Below are positions 8,725-18,580 of a stretch of DNA of 64,000 nt, in pieces. Numbering within the stretch: the stretch's first letter is position 1; every line of letters begins with the position of its first letter. Source of the stretch: an uncultured delta proteobacterium (lineage in GTDB: Bacteria; Myxococcota_A; UBA9160; UBA4427); contig CAWGJT010000006.1 of the NCBI GenBank assembly GCA_963822965.1, positions 320,001 to 384,000 on the forward strand, read 5' to 3'. The position numbers and the translations under genes are program-made. Below the pieces are notes generated by a model. It did no database searches and was not told the DNA's origin. It worked only from the letters and a program-made list of their open reading frames with translations.

Positions 8725-9975
8725 CTACAGATCGAAGCTGCCGGCCTCGAGCAGCTCCCGGATGCGGTGCAGGAAGCCGTTCGCCCCGGCGCCGTCCACG
8801 GCGCGGTGATCGTACGACAGCGCCAGGTGCATCATCGGGCGGATCACGATGGCGTCGGCGCCGTCGATGCTGCGGACCACTGGTCGCTTCACCAGCTCGC
8901 CCATGCGGAGGATGCCCACCTGGGGCTGGTTGATGATCGCGAAGCCGTAGAGGTTGCCGGTGCGGCCGGGGTTCGAGACGGTGAACGTGCCGCCCCGCAG
9001 CTCGTCCGGGCCGATCCTGCGGGCGCGCGCGCGACCGGAGAGCTCGGCGATGGCGAGGGCCAGCCCGGCCAGCGAGAGGCGATCCGCGTCGCGCACCACC
9101 GGCGCCAGCAGGCCCTTCTCGGTCTCCACGGCAAAGGACAGGTGGATGCCGCGCCGCTCGACGATCGCGTCTCCCGCCACCGAGACGTTGAGCGCCGGAA
9201 ACTCGCCCAGCGTCCGCGCCACGCAGTGGGCAACGAAGGGCAGCACCGTGAGCGAGGTGCCGTGTCGTTGCTGGAAGGCGTCGCCGTGACGCCTGCGGAG
9301 CGCGGCGACCGCGCCCAGATCGACCTCGGCGACGGTGCCCACGTGGGGGCTCGTGTGCTTCGAGTAGACCATGTGGGCCGCGGTCAGCCGGCGCTGGACC
9401 GACATCGGGACCACGCGATCGCCCTCCTCCAGCTCGAGCTGCAGCTGCGGGAGCGACGCGGTGGGCGCGGCCAGAGCCCGGCCGGCGCTCTCGGCCGGCG
9501 CGAGCGCGTCGTCGGGCCCCTCCGCGGCCTGCTCCCGCCGGGCGGCATGGGACAGCACGTCGGACTTCGTGACCCGTCCCGCGCTCCCGCTGCCCTGGAT
9601 CTCGCCCAGGGGAACGTCGCTCTGGGCGGCGAGGCGGCGGGCGACGGGCGTGGCCCGGGTCGCTCGGGCATCGGGCGCCTCGCGGGCGGGCGCCGGATCC
9701 CGGAAGACCGGGGAGGCGTCGGGCTCGCGGCTCGCGGGCGCCTCGTCCAGGATCGCCAGCTCGGCACCCACCTGCACCACGCTGCCCTCGGTCGCGAGGA
9801 TGCGCGTGACGACACCGGCGACCGGCGCGGGGATCTCCGCGTCGACCTTGTCGGTCGTCACCTCGCAGAGGGGCTGGTCCACCTCCACCCGGTCGCCCTC
9901 GGCGACCAGCCAGCAGGACACGGTCCCCTCGACGACGCTCTCGCCGAGCGCCGGCAGCTTGACCGGAATCGACAT
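8725..9975 (-). CDS. 2-oxoacid dehydrogenase E2 (dihydrolipoamide acyltransferase; one lipoyl domain, E3-binding domain, catalytic domain)
   Basis: LPALGESVVEGT..EVTTDKV lipoyl motif, ATPVARRLA..GSGSAGRVTKSDV, SYDHRAVDG. Confidence 0.92.
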   Translation of the reverse strand: MSIPVKLPALGESVVEGTVSCWLVAEGDRVEVDQPLCEVTTDKVDAEIPAPVAGVVTRILATEGSVVQVGAELAILDEAPASREPDASPVFRDPAPAREAPDARATRATPVARRLAAQSDVPLGEIQGSGSAGRVTKSDVLSHAARREQAAEGPDDALAPAESAGRALAAPTASLPQLQLELEEGDRVVPMSVQRRLTAAHMVYSKHTSPHVGTVAEVDLGAVAALRRRHGDAFQQRHGTSLTVLPFVAHCVARTLGEFPALNVSVAGDAIVERRGIHLSFAVETEKGLLAPVVRDADRLSLAGLALAIAELSGRARARRIGPDELRGGTFTVSNPGRTGNLYGFAIINQPQVGILRMGELVKRPVVRSIDGADAIVIRPMMHLALSYDHRAVDGAGANGFLHRIRELLEAGSFDL

Positions 9976-10141
9976 CCGGCTCCCCCTCCTTCGCGATCCT
10001 GAGAGCACGAATCGGCCGAACCCCGCGTCATCTTGACGAGCGCGGCGAGACGGCACGGATGGGGCGCCGCCGGCCCGCCGCACGGCCGAGCCCGGCAATC
10101 GCGACGGGGCCGAGCCCAGGACCGGCCGCGCAGCCGAAGTC

Positions 10142-10750
10142 TCAGCGTCCGGTGGGAGGCGAGAGCTCGTCGATCTCACGGTGTCGCCCGTCGGCGGGCA
10201 CCCGCTCGAGCTGGATCCGCTGCTGGAGCTTCATCAGGCCGTCGAGGACGGCCTCGGGGCGGGGCGGGCAGCCCGGCACGTACACGTCCACCGGGATGAT
10301 CCGGTCGATGCCCTGCAAGGTGGCGTAGTTGTCGTAAGGACCGCCGGAGCACGTGCACGCGCCGAAGGCCATCACCCACTTGGGCTCGGCCATCTGGTCG
10401 TACACGGTCTTCAGGATCGGCGCCTGCCGGTGGGTGATCGTCCCGACCACCATCAGCAGGTCGGACTGCCGGGGCGAGAAGCGCGGCAGCGCGCAGCCGA
10501 AGCGGTCGATGTCGTAGCGCGGTCCGGCGGTGGACATGAACTCCATCCCACAGCAGGCCGTCACGAACGGATAGAGGAACATCGAGTACTTGCGTGCCCA
10601 GCCGATGACGGACTCGAGCCGGCTGGTCTGGAAGGAATCGGCCCCCTGACGGAGCAGCTCCACCACGCGCTGCTCGTGGGGTCTCTTCGCGTCCCGGGCC
10701 ACCGGTCGCCCGGTCAGCCCGGCCAGGAGCTCGCCTGCCTCGGATGTCAC
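10142..10750 (-). CDS. nuoB: NADH-quinone oxidoreductase subunit B
   Basis: TACCGME, RFSPRQSDL, YDQMAEPKWV..GAC, PVDVYVPGCPPRPE. Confidence 0.95.
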   Translation of the reverse strand: MTSEAGELLAGLTGRPVARDAKRPHEQRVVELLRQGADSFQTSRLESVIGWARKYSMFLYPFVTACCGMEFMSTAGPRYDIDRFGCALPRFSPRQSDLLMVVGTITHRQAPILKTVYDQMAEPKWVMAFGACTCSGGPYDNYATLQGIDRIIPVDVYVPGCPPRPEAVLDGLMKLQQRIQLERVPADGRHREIDELSPPTGR

Positions 10751-10867
10751 GCCCCCCCCTGTCTCTACTCCGCCGACTCACGCCCGCTCGCGCAGCCCCG
10801 CGGCAAGGATAGCGGCTCTGATATCGTAGGCTTCCGGACGGGATCCTGGACGAACGAGGAGGTCAGC

Positions 10868-11593
10868 ATGAGCGCCACCGGCAGCCGCCCGGTCACGCCC
10901 GTGCGCCTGGTCCTCGCCTGGGGCGTCCACCTCTTCACCGCGAGCGGCGCCGTCGCGGGCGCCCTGGCGCTGCTCTTCACCTGGCAGGCCGATTTCGGCA
11001 ACGCCGCCCTGCTGATGATCGCGGCCCTGATGATCGATGCCGTCGACGGCACCCTGGCCCGGGCCGTCGGCGTGAAGGAGGTGCTGCCCGACATCGACGG
11101 CCGGCGTCTCGACGACATGGTCGACTTCCTGAACTTCGTGATCGTGCCGGTGGTCTTCATGGCGAGCGCGGGCTGCCTCCCCGGCTGGGGCTGGGTGGTG
11201 CCCCCGATCCTCGCGAGCGCTTACGGGTTCTCCCAGGCCGACGCGAAGACCGACGACCACTTCTTCCTGGGCTGGCCTTCGTACTGGAACGTCGTCGCCC
11301 TGTATCTGTGGCTGCTGGACTTCTCGCCCGCCGCCGGCGCCTTCTGGGTCATCGGGCTCAGCTTCGCGATCTTCCTCCCCTTCAAATACGTCTACCCGAG
11401 CCGCCTCGCCCGGCCCGTGTTCCGCCACACGCTGAACGGCGGCGGCACCATCTGGGCCCTCGTGCTGGTGGCGGCGATCCTGCGTCCCGAGCTGGCCGAG
11501 CGCCTCTACCTCGTCGAGATCTCCCTGGCGTATCTCGTGTACTACATGATCCTGTCCATCTGGCTCGGGGACTGGAAGAGCGGATGGGCGTGA
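10868..11593 (+). CDS. pcs: phosphatidylcholine synthase (CDP-alcohol phosphatidyltransferase)
   Basis: AWGVHLFTASG, DAVDGTLAR..DGRRLDDMVD, FLGWPSYWN, KYVYPSR. Confidence 0.8.
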   Translation: MSATGSRPVTPVRLVLAWGVHLFTASGAVAGALALLFTWQADFGNAALLMIAALMIDAVDGTLARAVGVKEVLPDIDGRRLDDMVDFLNFVIVPVVFMASAGCLPGWGWVVPPILASAYGFSQADAKTDDHFFLGWPSYWNVVALYLWLLDFSPAAGAFWVIGLSFAIFLPFKYVYPSRLARPVFRHTLNGGGTIWALVLVAAILRPELAERLYLVEISLAYLVYYMILSIWLGDWKSGWA

Positions 11594-12738
11594 CCGGCGC
11601 GGATTCCGGACAGCGCACGGGCGTGCTGCTGATCAATCTGGGCACCCCCGACTCCCCCTCGGTGCCCGACGTGCGGCGCTACCTGGCCGAGTTCCTCTCC
11701 GATCCGCGCGTGCTCGACATCCATCCCGTGGGTCGGGCGTTGCTGCTGCACGGCGTGATCCTGCGGACCCGGCCGCGCCGATCTGCCGCCGCTTATGCGC
11801 AGATCTGGACGCCCGCCGGCTCGCCGCTGCTGGTGGAGAGCGAGAAGCTGCGGGACGCGGTGGCGGACCGGCTCGGAGCGGGCTTCCGGGTGGAGCTCGC
11901 CATGCGCTACGGGAGCCCGTCCATCGAGGCGGCGCTCTCGAAGCTCCTGTCCGAGCGGCCGGAGCGGATCGTCGTGCTGCCCCTCTTTCCCCAGTACGCG
12001 AGCGCCGCCACGGGCTCCGCTCTCGCTCGGGTCTTCGAGGTGCTGGAAGAGCTGGAACGGCCGAGCGCCGGTGCGCCGCCGCAGGCGGGGCGCGCGCGAC
12101 CGGAGATCCGAACGGTTCCGGCGTTCTACGACGACCCCGGCTGGCTCTCGGCGTGGCGCGACGTGGGCCGGGAGCCGATCGCGGCCTTCGCCCCCGACCA
12201 CGTGCTCTTCAGCTTTCACGGGCTGCCCGAGCGACAGATCCGCGCCCTGGACGCCAGCGGCGGGCACTGCTTCGCGAGCGCGGGCTGCTGCGACGCGGTG
12301 GGACCCGTCAACCGCGCCTGCTATCGCGCCCAGTGCTTCGCGACCAGCCGGGGGCTCGCGCGCTCCCTCGGGCTCGCCGCGACGCCCTGGTCGGTGAGCT
12401 TCCAGTCCCGGCTGGGGCGCACGCCCTGGATCCGACCCTACACGGACGAGGTGCTACCGGCACTGTCCGCGGACGGCGTCCGGCGTCTGGCCGTGCTGTG
12501 TCCCGCCTTCGTGGCCGACTGTCTCGAGACCCTCGAGGAGATCGACATCCGCCTGCGCGAGCAGTGGCGCGAGCTCGGCGGTGAGGACATGCTGCTGGTG
12601 CCGTGTCCCAACGCCCACCCGACGTGGGCGACGGCCGTGGCCGAGCTCGTCCGCCGACACGCCGCGCCCACGAGCCCCGCCGAGCCGCGCGCCCTACCGA
12701 CGCGCCCGTCCACCCCGAACCTCGAGGTCCCAACATGA
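11590..12738 (+). CDS. hemH: ferrochelatase
   Basis: LLINLGTPD, LPLFPQYA, FSFHGLP, FQSRLG..WIRPYT, FVADCLETLEEI. Confidence 0.95.
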   Translation: MTGADSGQRTGVLLINLGTPDSPSVPDVRRYLAEFLSDPRVLDIHPVGRALLLHGVILRTRPRRSAAAYAQIWTPAGSPLLVESEKLRDAVADRLGAGFRVELAMRYGSPSIEAALSKLLSERPERIVVLPLFPQYASAATGSALARVFEVLEELERPSAGAPPQAGRARPEIRTVPAFYDDPGWLSAWRDVGREPIAAFAPDHVLFSFHGLPERQIRALDASGGHCFASAGCCDAVGPVNRACYRAQCFATSRGLARSLGLAATPWSVSFQSRLGRTPWIRPYTDEVLPALSADGVRRLAVLCPAFVADCLETLEEIDIRLREQWRELGGEDMLLVPCPNAHPTWATAVAELVRRHAAPTSPAEPRALPTRPSTPNLEVPT

Positions 12739-13412
12739 GCGAGATCGTACGAAGCGAGCTGCGAGACCAGGTGGCCGTCGTCCACTTCGACGACGGCAAG
12801 GCCAACGCCTTCTCCCTGGCCAGCATCGCCGGCCTGAACGCGGCGCTCGACCGCGCCGAGAAGGAGGCCCGCAGCGTCGTCCTGGCAGGACGGCCGGGAC
12901 GCTTCTCGGGCGGCTTCGACCTGTCGGTCATGCGGGGCGGCGACGGCGGGGCGGTGCGGGAGCTGGTGCGGGCCGGCGCCGAGCTGGTCTTGCGCCTCTA
13001 CGACTTTCCGGCGCCGGTGGTGGTCGCCTGCACGGGACACGCGGTCGCCATGGGCGCGGTGCTGCTCCTCGGCGCCGACCTGCGGATCGGCGTCGCCGGC
13101 GACTTCAAGATCGGCCTGAACGAGGTCGCCATCCGCATGACCCTGCCTCCGTTCGCGATCGAGCTGGCCCGGGACCGGCTCTCCCGCCGCCACTTGCAGC
13201 GGGCCACGGGCCTGGCCGAGCTGTACGCACCCGAAGACGCCGTCGACGCCGGATTCCTGGACCGGGTGGTCGCGGCCGACGCGCTTCTCGAGGACGCCGT
13301 GGCAAGCGCTCACGGGCTCGCGTCCCTGGACCCGCAGGCCCACCATGCCACCAAGCGGAGCCTGCGAGGGGAGACCCTGACGCGGCTGCGCGAATCCCTC
13401 GGCCCGCTCTGA
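12735..13412 (+). CDS. crotonase/enoyl-CoA hydratase-isomerase family protein
   Basis: DDGKANA, FSGGFDL, GHAVAMG, IGLNEV. Confidence 0.9.
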   Translation: MSEIVRSELRDQVAVVHFDDGKANAFSLASIAGLNAALDRAEKEARSVVLAGRPGRFSGGFDLSVMRGGDGGAVRELVRAGAELVLRLYDFPAPVVVACTGHAVAMGAVLLLGADLRIGVAGDFKIGLNEVAIRMTLPPFAIELARDRLSRRHLQRATGLAELYAPEDAVDAGFLDRVVAADALLEDAVASAHGLASLDPQAHHATKRSLRGETLTRLRESLGPL

Positions 13413-13465
13413 GCCGGCGGGGCGGCGGACCGTGCGGGGCCCGTGCGGGGCGAGCTCCGCACCTC

Positions 13466-14869
13466 CTAGGCGCCGGCGCTGCGCCGGCGCTCGAGGATGC
13501 GGGCGGCGGCGGCGGCGCCGCTCGCCAGGGTGTCCGCCACCGAGACGCCGGCCAGGTAGGAGCCCGCCAGGCTCAACCCGGGTAGCCCTTCCAGCCGCCG
13601 GCGGATCTCGGCGACCCGGCGCGTGTGCTCGGGATCGGGCTGCGGAATCGCCCGCGGCCAGCGCCGCAGCGCCACCACCCGAGGCGAGCCCGAGAGCCCG
13701 AGGCAGCGGTCGAGGTCGGCGAGGGTGCTCGCGACGATCTCGTCGTCGGCCAGCCCCACCGCCTCGGGCCAGCGCACTCCCCCCTGCATGCAGTGCAGCA
13801 GCTCCCGACCCTTGGGCGCCCGGCCGGCGAAGAGGCGGCTCATGAACAGGCAGCCCAGGAGCCGCAGGCCTTCGGCCCGCGGCACGATGAACCCGAAGCC
13901 CTCGATGGGCTCGCGAACGTCGGCCGGATCCACGCCGAGCCCGAGCGCCACGATGGGCGCGTACTCGATCCCGTCGAGGAGCTCCCCGGCGTCGGGATCC
14001 ACCGCCCGCAGCATCTCGGCGGCGGCGAACGCCGGCGTCGCCACCACCACCTCACGGGCGTGGATGCGCTCCTCGCCGTCCGGTCCGGAGAGCTCGGCCC
14101 ACCAGCCGGCGTTCTCACGAGCCAGACGCTGCACCCGGGTGCCCAGGCGGAGCGGCTCGGGCAGCGCGGCCGCGATGCGCGCGGCGAACGCGCCGAGCCC
14201 CTCCGCGGCCGACCAGGTTCCCGGGCGCCCGCGCGGGCCGGGCGGCCGGCGGCGGAGGAGCCGAGCGAGCCCTCCGCGCAGGAGCGAGCCGTGGCCGCGT
14301 TCCAGCTCGGCCAGGGCGGGAAAGACCGCCTCGACGCCGAGCCTGCGCTCGTCGCCGGCGTACACGCCCGTCAGGAACGCTCCCACGAGGCGGGCCGCCA
14401 CCTCGGGACCGAGCCGCCGGGCGACGAACTCGTGCACCGACTCGCTGGTGGGGTCGCCGCGCCGCACGAACGGCTCCGCGAGCACCCGGAGCTTGCCGCG
14501 GGCCGAGAGCAGCGGGGTCGAGAGCGCGGAGATCGGCCCGTGCGGCAGAGACACCAGGCGGCCATCGTGGAAGAGCGCGCGCCTCCGACTCTCGGGGGTG
14601 GCCGCGACCAGACCGGCCCAGAGGTCGTGGCGATCGGCGAAGTCGCAGAAGCCGGGCTTCGCCTGGAAGGTGTTCGGTCCGGCCTCGATCCGGTAGCCGT
14701 CGACCTCGTCCGTCTGCATCACGCCGCCCGGCTGCCGGCCCGCATCCACTACCAGGGGGTGCAGCCCGGCGGTGGCGAGATCCCGCGCCGCGGCCAGACC
14801 CGCGATGCCGGCACCCACCACGAGCACCTCGACCTCGCGCGAGCTCCCCGGAGCGGCGGTCATGCTCAC
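13466..14869 (-). CDS. hemY: HemY-type (co)protoporphyrinogen oxidase
   Basis: VVGAGIAGL FAD motif, EAGPNTF, GVYAGD, GFGFIVP, WPRAIPQ; directly follows hemE (start could be ATG 14863). Confidence 0.9.
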   Translation of the reverse strand: MSMTAAPGSSREVEVLVVGAGIAGLAAARDLATAGLHPLVVDAGRQPGGVMQTDEVDGYRIEAGPNTFQAKPGFCDFADRHDLWAGLVAATPESRRRALFHDGRLVSLPHGPISALSTPLLSARGKLRVLAEPFVRRGDPTSESVHEFVARRLGPEVAARLVGAFLTGVYAGDERRLGVEAVFPALAELERGHGSLLRGGLARLLRRRPPGPRGRPGTWSAAEGLGAFAARIAAALPEPLRLGTRVQRLARENAGWWAELSGPDGEERIHAREVVVATPAFAAAEMLRAVDPDAGELLDGIEYAPIVALGLGVDPADVREPIEGFGFIVPRAEGLRLLGCLFMSRLFAGRAPKGRELLHCMQGGVRWPEAVGLADDEIVASTLADLDRCLGLSGSPRVVALRRWPRAIPQPDPEHTRRVAEIRRRLEGLPGLSLAGSYLAGVSVADTLASGAAAAARILERRRSAGA

Positions 14870-15915
14870 GCCGGCACGAGGGCCCGGGCCGCGTCGGTGA
14901 AGGCGCGCACGCCTTCGACGGGGGTGTCGGGCAGACAGCCGTGGCCCAGGTTCAGGATGTGTCCGCGCGCCGGCCGACCGGCCTCGGCCAGCTCGCGAAC
15001 CCGCTCGAAGATCACGTCCCGCGGCGCGTGCAGCGCGCAGGGATCGAGATTGCCCTGGAGGCTCACCCGCGCGCCGTGACGCTTGGCCACCGCGGCCAGG
15101 TCGACCCGCCAGTCGAGGGAGATGACGTCGCTGCCCGCAGCCACCATCTCGTCCACCACATGGGCGCCGTCGTTCACGTAGAGGATGAGGGGTGCGGCGG
15201 CCCGATCCACCCGGGCGACGATCTCCCGGTGGCCGGGGAGCACCCACTCCCGGTAGTCGGCGGGCGACAGCAGTCCGGCCCAGGTGTCGAAGAGCTGGAC
15301 GACCTGGGCGCCCGCCTCGATCTGGGCATTCAGGTAGTCGACCGTCAGATCCGTGAGCAGCGCGAGCAGGGCGCGCAGGGTCTCGGGCTCGGTGTGGAGG
15401 AGCCGCTTCAGGCTCGAGAAGCTGCGGGAGCCCTGCCCTTCCACGAGGTAGGCGGCCAGGGTGAACGGCGCCCCCGCGAAGCCCAGCAGCGGGATTCCGC
15501 GGCTCGCGAGCTCGCGACGCAGCACACGCAGGATCTCGAATACGAAGGGAACGCTCTCCCGGGGGTCGGGCGTGCGCAGGGCATCCACCTGGGCCCGGGT
15601 ACGGATGGGATCGGCGATCACGGGGCCCGGCCGGAAGTCCACGTCCACGCCCAGAGCCGGGATCGGCGTGAAGATGTCCTGGAACAGGATCACCGCCTCG
15701 GCGCCCACCAGGTCGATGGGCTGCAGGGACACGCTGACGGCGCGCTCGACATCCCGACACATCTCGACGAACGAGACGCCTTCTCGCACCCGCCGATACT
15801 CGGGCAGGTAGCGGCCCGCCTGACGCATCAGCCAGACGGGCGGCCGGTCGACCGGCTCGCCCCGGCAGCTGCGAAGCATGCGCTGCTCGGGCGTGAAGCC
15901 CGCGGCGGAGGCCAT
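14866..15915 (-). CDS. hemE: uroporphyrinogen decarboxylase
   Basis: PVWLMRQAGRYLPEYR, GFAGAPFTLAAY, QLFDTWAG, LQGNLDP, NLGHG. Confidence 0.97.
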   Translation of the reverse strand: MASAAGFTPEQRMLRSCRGEPVDRPPVWLMRQAGRYLPEYRRVREGVSFVEMCRDVERAVSVSLQPIDLVGAEAVILFQDIFTPIPALGVDVDFRPGPVIADPIRTRAQVDALRTPDPRESVPFVFEILRVLRRELASRGIPLLGFAGAPFTLAAYLVEGQGSRSFSSLKRLLHTEPETLRALLALLTDLTVDYLNAQIEAGAQVVQLFDTWAGLLSPADYREWVLPGHREIVARVDRAAAPLILYVNDGAHVVDEMVAAGSDVISLDWRVDLAAVAKRHGARVSLQGNLDPCALHAPRDVIFERVRELAEAGRPARGHILNLGHGCLPDTPVEGVRAFTDAARALVPA

Positions 15916-15924
15916 GCGGGCGGG

Positions 15925-15992
15925 CTAGCCCCGATCCGTCGTGCGGATCGGGGCGCGGCTCCCGAGGCGGACGGGATCGACGCATCGGCTGG
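15925..15992 (+). repeat. short (internally deleted) relative of the ~212-bp element
   Basis: CTAGCCCCGATCCGTCGTGCGGATCGGGGCGC matches the element left end; GACGCATCGGCTGG resembles its right end. Confidence 0.7.
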
Positions 15993-16010
15993 ACCCGTGC
16001 GGACGGAGCA

Positions 16011-17135
16011 CTAGTAGCCCGAGAGCCGTGCCCAGCGGTCGCGGTGCCAGGCCGAGTCGCCGAACGTCAGCTCCGCGGCCCGGGCCCGCTTCAGGTAGAA
16101 GCCGATGTCGTACTCGTCGGTCATGCCGACGCCGCCGAACATCTGCACGCCCTCGTTGCCTGCGAGCACGTAGGTGTCGGAGCAGCGAGCCTTGGCGAGG
16201 GACACCAGCTTCGGCAGCTCCGGGTCCTCCTCGTCGATCGCCCGGCTCGCCGCCATCACCGTCGAGCGCGACAGCTCGATCTCGATGAAGAGCTTGGCGG
16301 CGCGGTGCTTGAGGGCCTGGAAGGAGCCGATGCGTACGCCGAACTGCTCGCGCTCCTTCAGATAGGCGAGCGTGAGATCGAAGGCCTGGGACATGCCCCC
16401 GAGCATCTCGGCGCACAGGCCGACCGTGGCGCGATCGACCACCTGCTCGACGACGGCGGCGGCCTGCCCCGCCTCGCCCAGCAGGGCCTCGGGACCGACG
16501 GAGACGCCGTCGAGGGTCACGGTGGCCGCGCCGCGGGAGTCCATGCGGATCTGCCGGGTGCGGCTCAGACCGGCGGCGTCCGCCGGAACCAGGAAGAGCG
16601 AGACGCCGCCGTCGGTCAGGGCCGAGACCACGATCGCGTCGGCGGCGTGCCCGTCGAGGACATGGACCTTCTCGCCGTGAAGCCGGAAGCCGCTGCCGTC
16701 CTTCTCGGCGCGCGTCTCGATGCGGTTCACGTGGTAGCGGCTCTTCGCCTCCTGGTAGCCCAGGGCGAGGAGCTTCTCGCCGTTCGCCAGCGGCGTGAGC
16801 CATTCCTCCTGCTGGCGCTCGTCGCCGGCGAGCAGCACCGCCTGTCCCCCGAGCAGCACGCTCGAGAGGAAGGGCTCGGGGGCCAGATTGCGGCCCAGGG
16901 CCTCGAGCACGACCACGAGCTCGGCGAAGCCCATGCCGGCGCCGCCGACGGACTCGGGAAACGGGATGCCCACCCAGCCGAGCTCCGCCATCTGCTTCCA
17001 CAGCTCGCGCGAGAAGCCGGCGGGGTCCCCGCTGTCGCGCAGGGCGCGCATGCGGCTCACCTGCGACTGCTCCTCGGCGAAGTCGCGCGCGGTCTTGGCG
17101 ATGAGCTCCTGGTCTTCGGTCAGTGCGAGTGCCAC
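16011..17135 (-). CDS. acyl-CoA dehydrogenase (non-catalytic-type partner subunit)
   Basis: YLKEREQFGVRIGSFQALKH, VQMFGGVGMTDEYD, ends TFGD. Confidence 0.9.
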   Translation of the reverse strand: MALALTEDQELIAKTARDFAEEQSQVSRMRALRDSGDPAGFSRELWKQMAELGWVGIPFPESVGGAGMGFAELVVVLEALGRNLAPEPFLSSVLLGGQAVLLAGDERQQEEWLTPLANGEKLLALGYQEAKSRYHVNRIETRAEKDGSGFRLHGEKVHVLDGHAADAIVVSALTDGGVSLFLVPADAAGLSRTRQIRMDSRGAATVTLDGVSVGPEALLGEAGQAAAVVEQVVDRATVGLCAEMLGGMSQAFDLTLAYLKEREQFGVRIGSFQALKHRAAKLFIEIELSRSTVMAASRAIDEEDPELPKLVSLAKARCSDTYVLAGNEGVQMFGGVGMTDEYDIGFYLKRARAAELTFGDSAWHRDRWARLSGY

Positions 17136-17231
17136 GTGGATACCTCTCTGGGGATCGCCGGTCCGTGGATCGGCGGTGGTATGCCGCTCGGGGGGGACGC
17201 CGGCCGCCGCCTCGAGCGGGGCCGGGCGCGC

Positions 17232-18434
17232 TCAGTCGGGCAGCCCGAGCACGCGCTTGGCGATGATGTTGAGCTGGATCTCCGACGTCCCGCCCTCGAT
17301 GGAGTTGCCCCGGGTGCGCAGCCAGGCACGCGTCAGCTCGAGCTCGTCCTCGTCGAAGCCGTTCCCCTCCCAGCCGACGGCCTGGGGCCCCGTCAGGCGG
17401 ACCAGCACCTCGTGGCGGCGCATGTTGGTCTCGGTGCCGTAGATCTTGAACATCGAGCTCTCGGGTCCGGGCTGATGGCCCGCGCGCGCCGCGTCCCGGG
17501 CCCGCTGGATGGTGAGCCCGAAGGCGCGCGTATCCATCTCGCTCTGCGCGATGTCGTCGCGCAGGACCGGATCGTCGATGCGGCCCTCGCGGTCGAAGCC
17601 GACGTAGCGATCGGCCAGCTCGACGAACCGGCTGCGTCCCTTGCGGGCGGCCCCTCCCCCGCCGAAGGTGTCGGCGATCATGCTGCGCTCGTGGCCGAGC
17701 AGGGCCTTGGCCACCGTCCAGCCGCCGTTGATCTCGCCGATCACGTTCCGGACGGGAACGCGGACCTGATCGAAATACGTCTCGCAGAACGGGGACTTGC
17801 CGCTGATCAGGAGAATCGGCTTCACGGACACGCCCGGGCTCTCCATGTCGATCAGGAGGAACGTGATCCCCTCCTGCTTCTTCGCCTTCGGGTCGGACCG
17901 CACGAGCGCGAAGATCCAGTCCGCCTGGTCGGCGTAGGACGTCCACACCTTCTGCCCCGAGATCACGAACTCGTCACCTTCCCGCACCGCGCGCGTCTGC
18001 AGCGACGCGAGGTCGGAGCCAGCGCCCGGCTCCGAGTAGCCCTGACACCAGCGGATCTCGCCGCGGGTGATGCGCGGCAGGTGCTCCTTCTTCTGCTCCT
18101 CGTTGCCGAAGCGCAGCAGCGTCGGGCCGATCATGGTGAGCCCGAAGCCCACGAGCGGCGGCGGAATGCGCAGGCGTGCCATCTCCTGGGCCAGCACCTT
18201 GGCCTCCTCGTTCGAGAGGCCGCCGCCGCCGTACTCCGTGGGCCAGGTGGGCGCGGTGAAGCCCTTCGCGGCCGCCGCGTCGAGCCAGCGCTTCGCGTCC
18301 GGATTCGGATAGGTGGCCTTGCGGCCGCCCCAGTTGCCCTCGAGCTCGGTGACCGGCACGCCGCGAAGCGACTGGGGGGCGTTGGCGTCCAGCCAGCGCG
18401 CGGTTTCGGCGCGAAAGCTCTCGAGATCGGCCAT
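17232..18434 (-). CDS. acyl-CoA dehydrogenase (catalytic-type subunit)
   Basis: [43 protein letters not shown]. Confidence 0.92.
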   Translation of the reverse strand: MADLESFRAETARWLDANAPQSLRGVPVTELEGNWGGRKATYPNPDAKRWLDAAAAKGFTAPTWPTEYGGGGLSNEEAKVLAQEMARLRIPPPLVGFGLTMIGPTLLRFGNEEQKKEHLPRITRGEIRWCQGYSEPGAGSDLASLQTRAVREGDEFVISGQKVWTSYADQADWIFALVRSDPKAKKQEGITFLLIDMESPGVSVKPILLISGKSPFCETYFDQVRVPVRNVIGEINGGWTVAKALLGHERSMIADTFGGGGAARKGRSRFVELADRYVGFDREGRIDDPVLRDDIAQSEMDTRAFGLTIQRARDAARAGHQPGPESSMFKIYGTETNMRRHEVLVRLTGPQAVGWEGNGFDEDELELTRAWLRTRGNSIEGGTSEIQLNIIAKRVLGLPD

Positions 18435-18580
18435 GGGGGTCTCCTCCGGATTGGACGTTCGGGCGCGGCGTTCGGGCGGCTGGGCGGGTGCTCGCCCGGG
18501 CTTCGTTCGATCGCCGAAGGATTCTGCTCCGCGCGGAGGCGCCTCGCAAGGCGGGTGGCCTGCCCTGCTACCCTGGCCGC

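Noticed and set aside
5536..10750. Group 4 [NiFe]-hydrogenase
   Set aside because: The large subunit lacks the two CxxC nickel-binding motifs and has NuoD signatures
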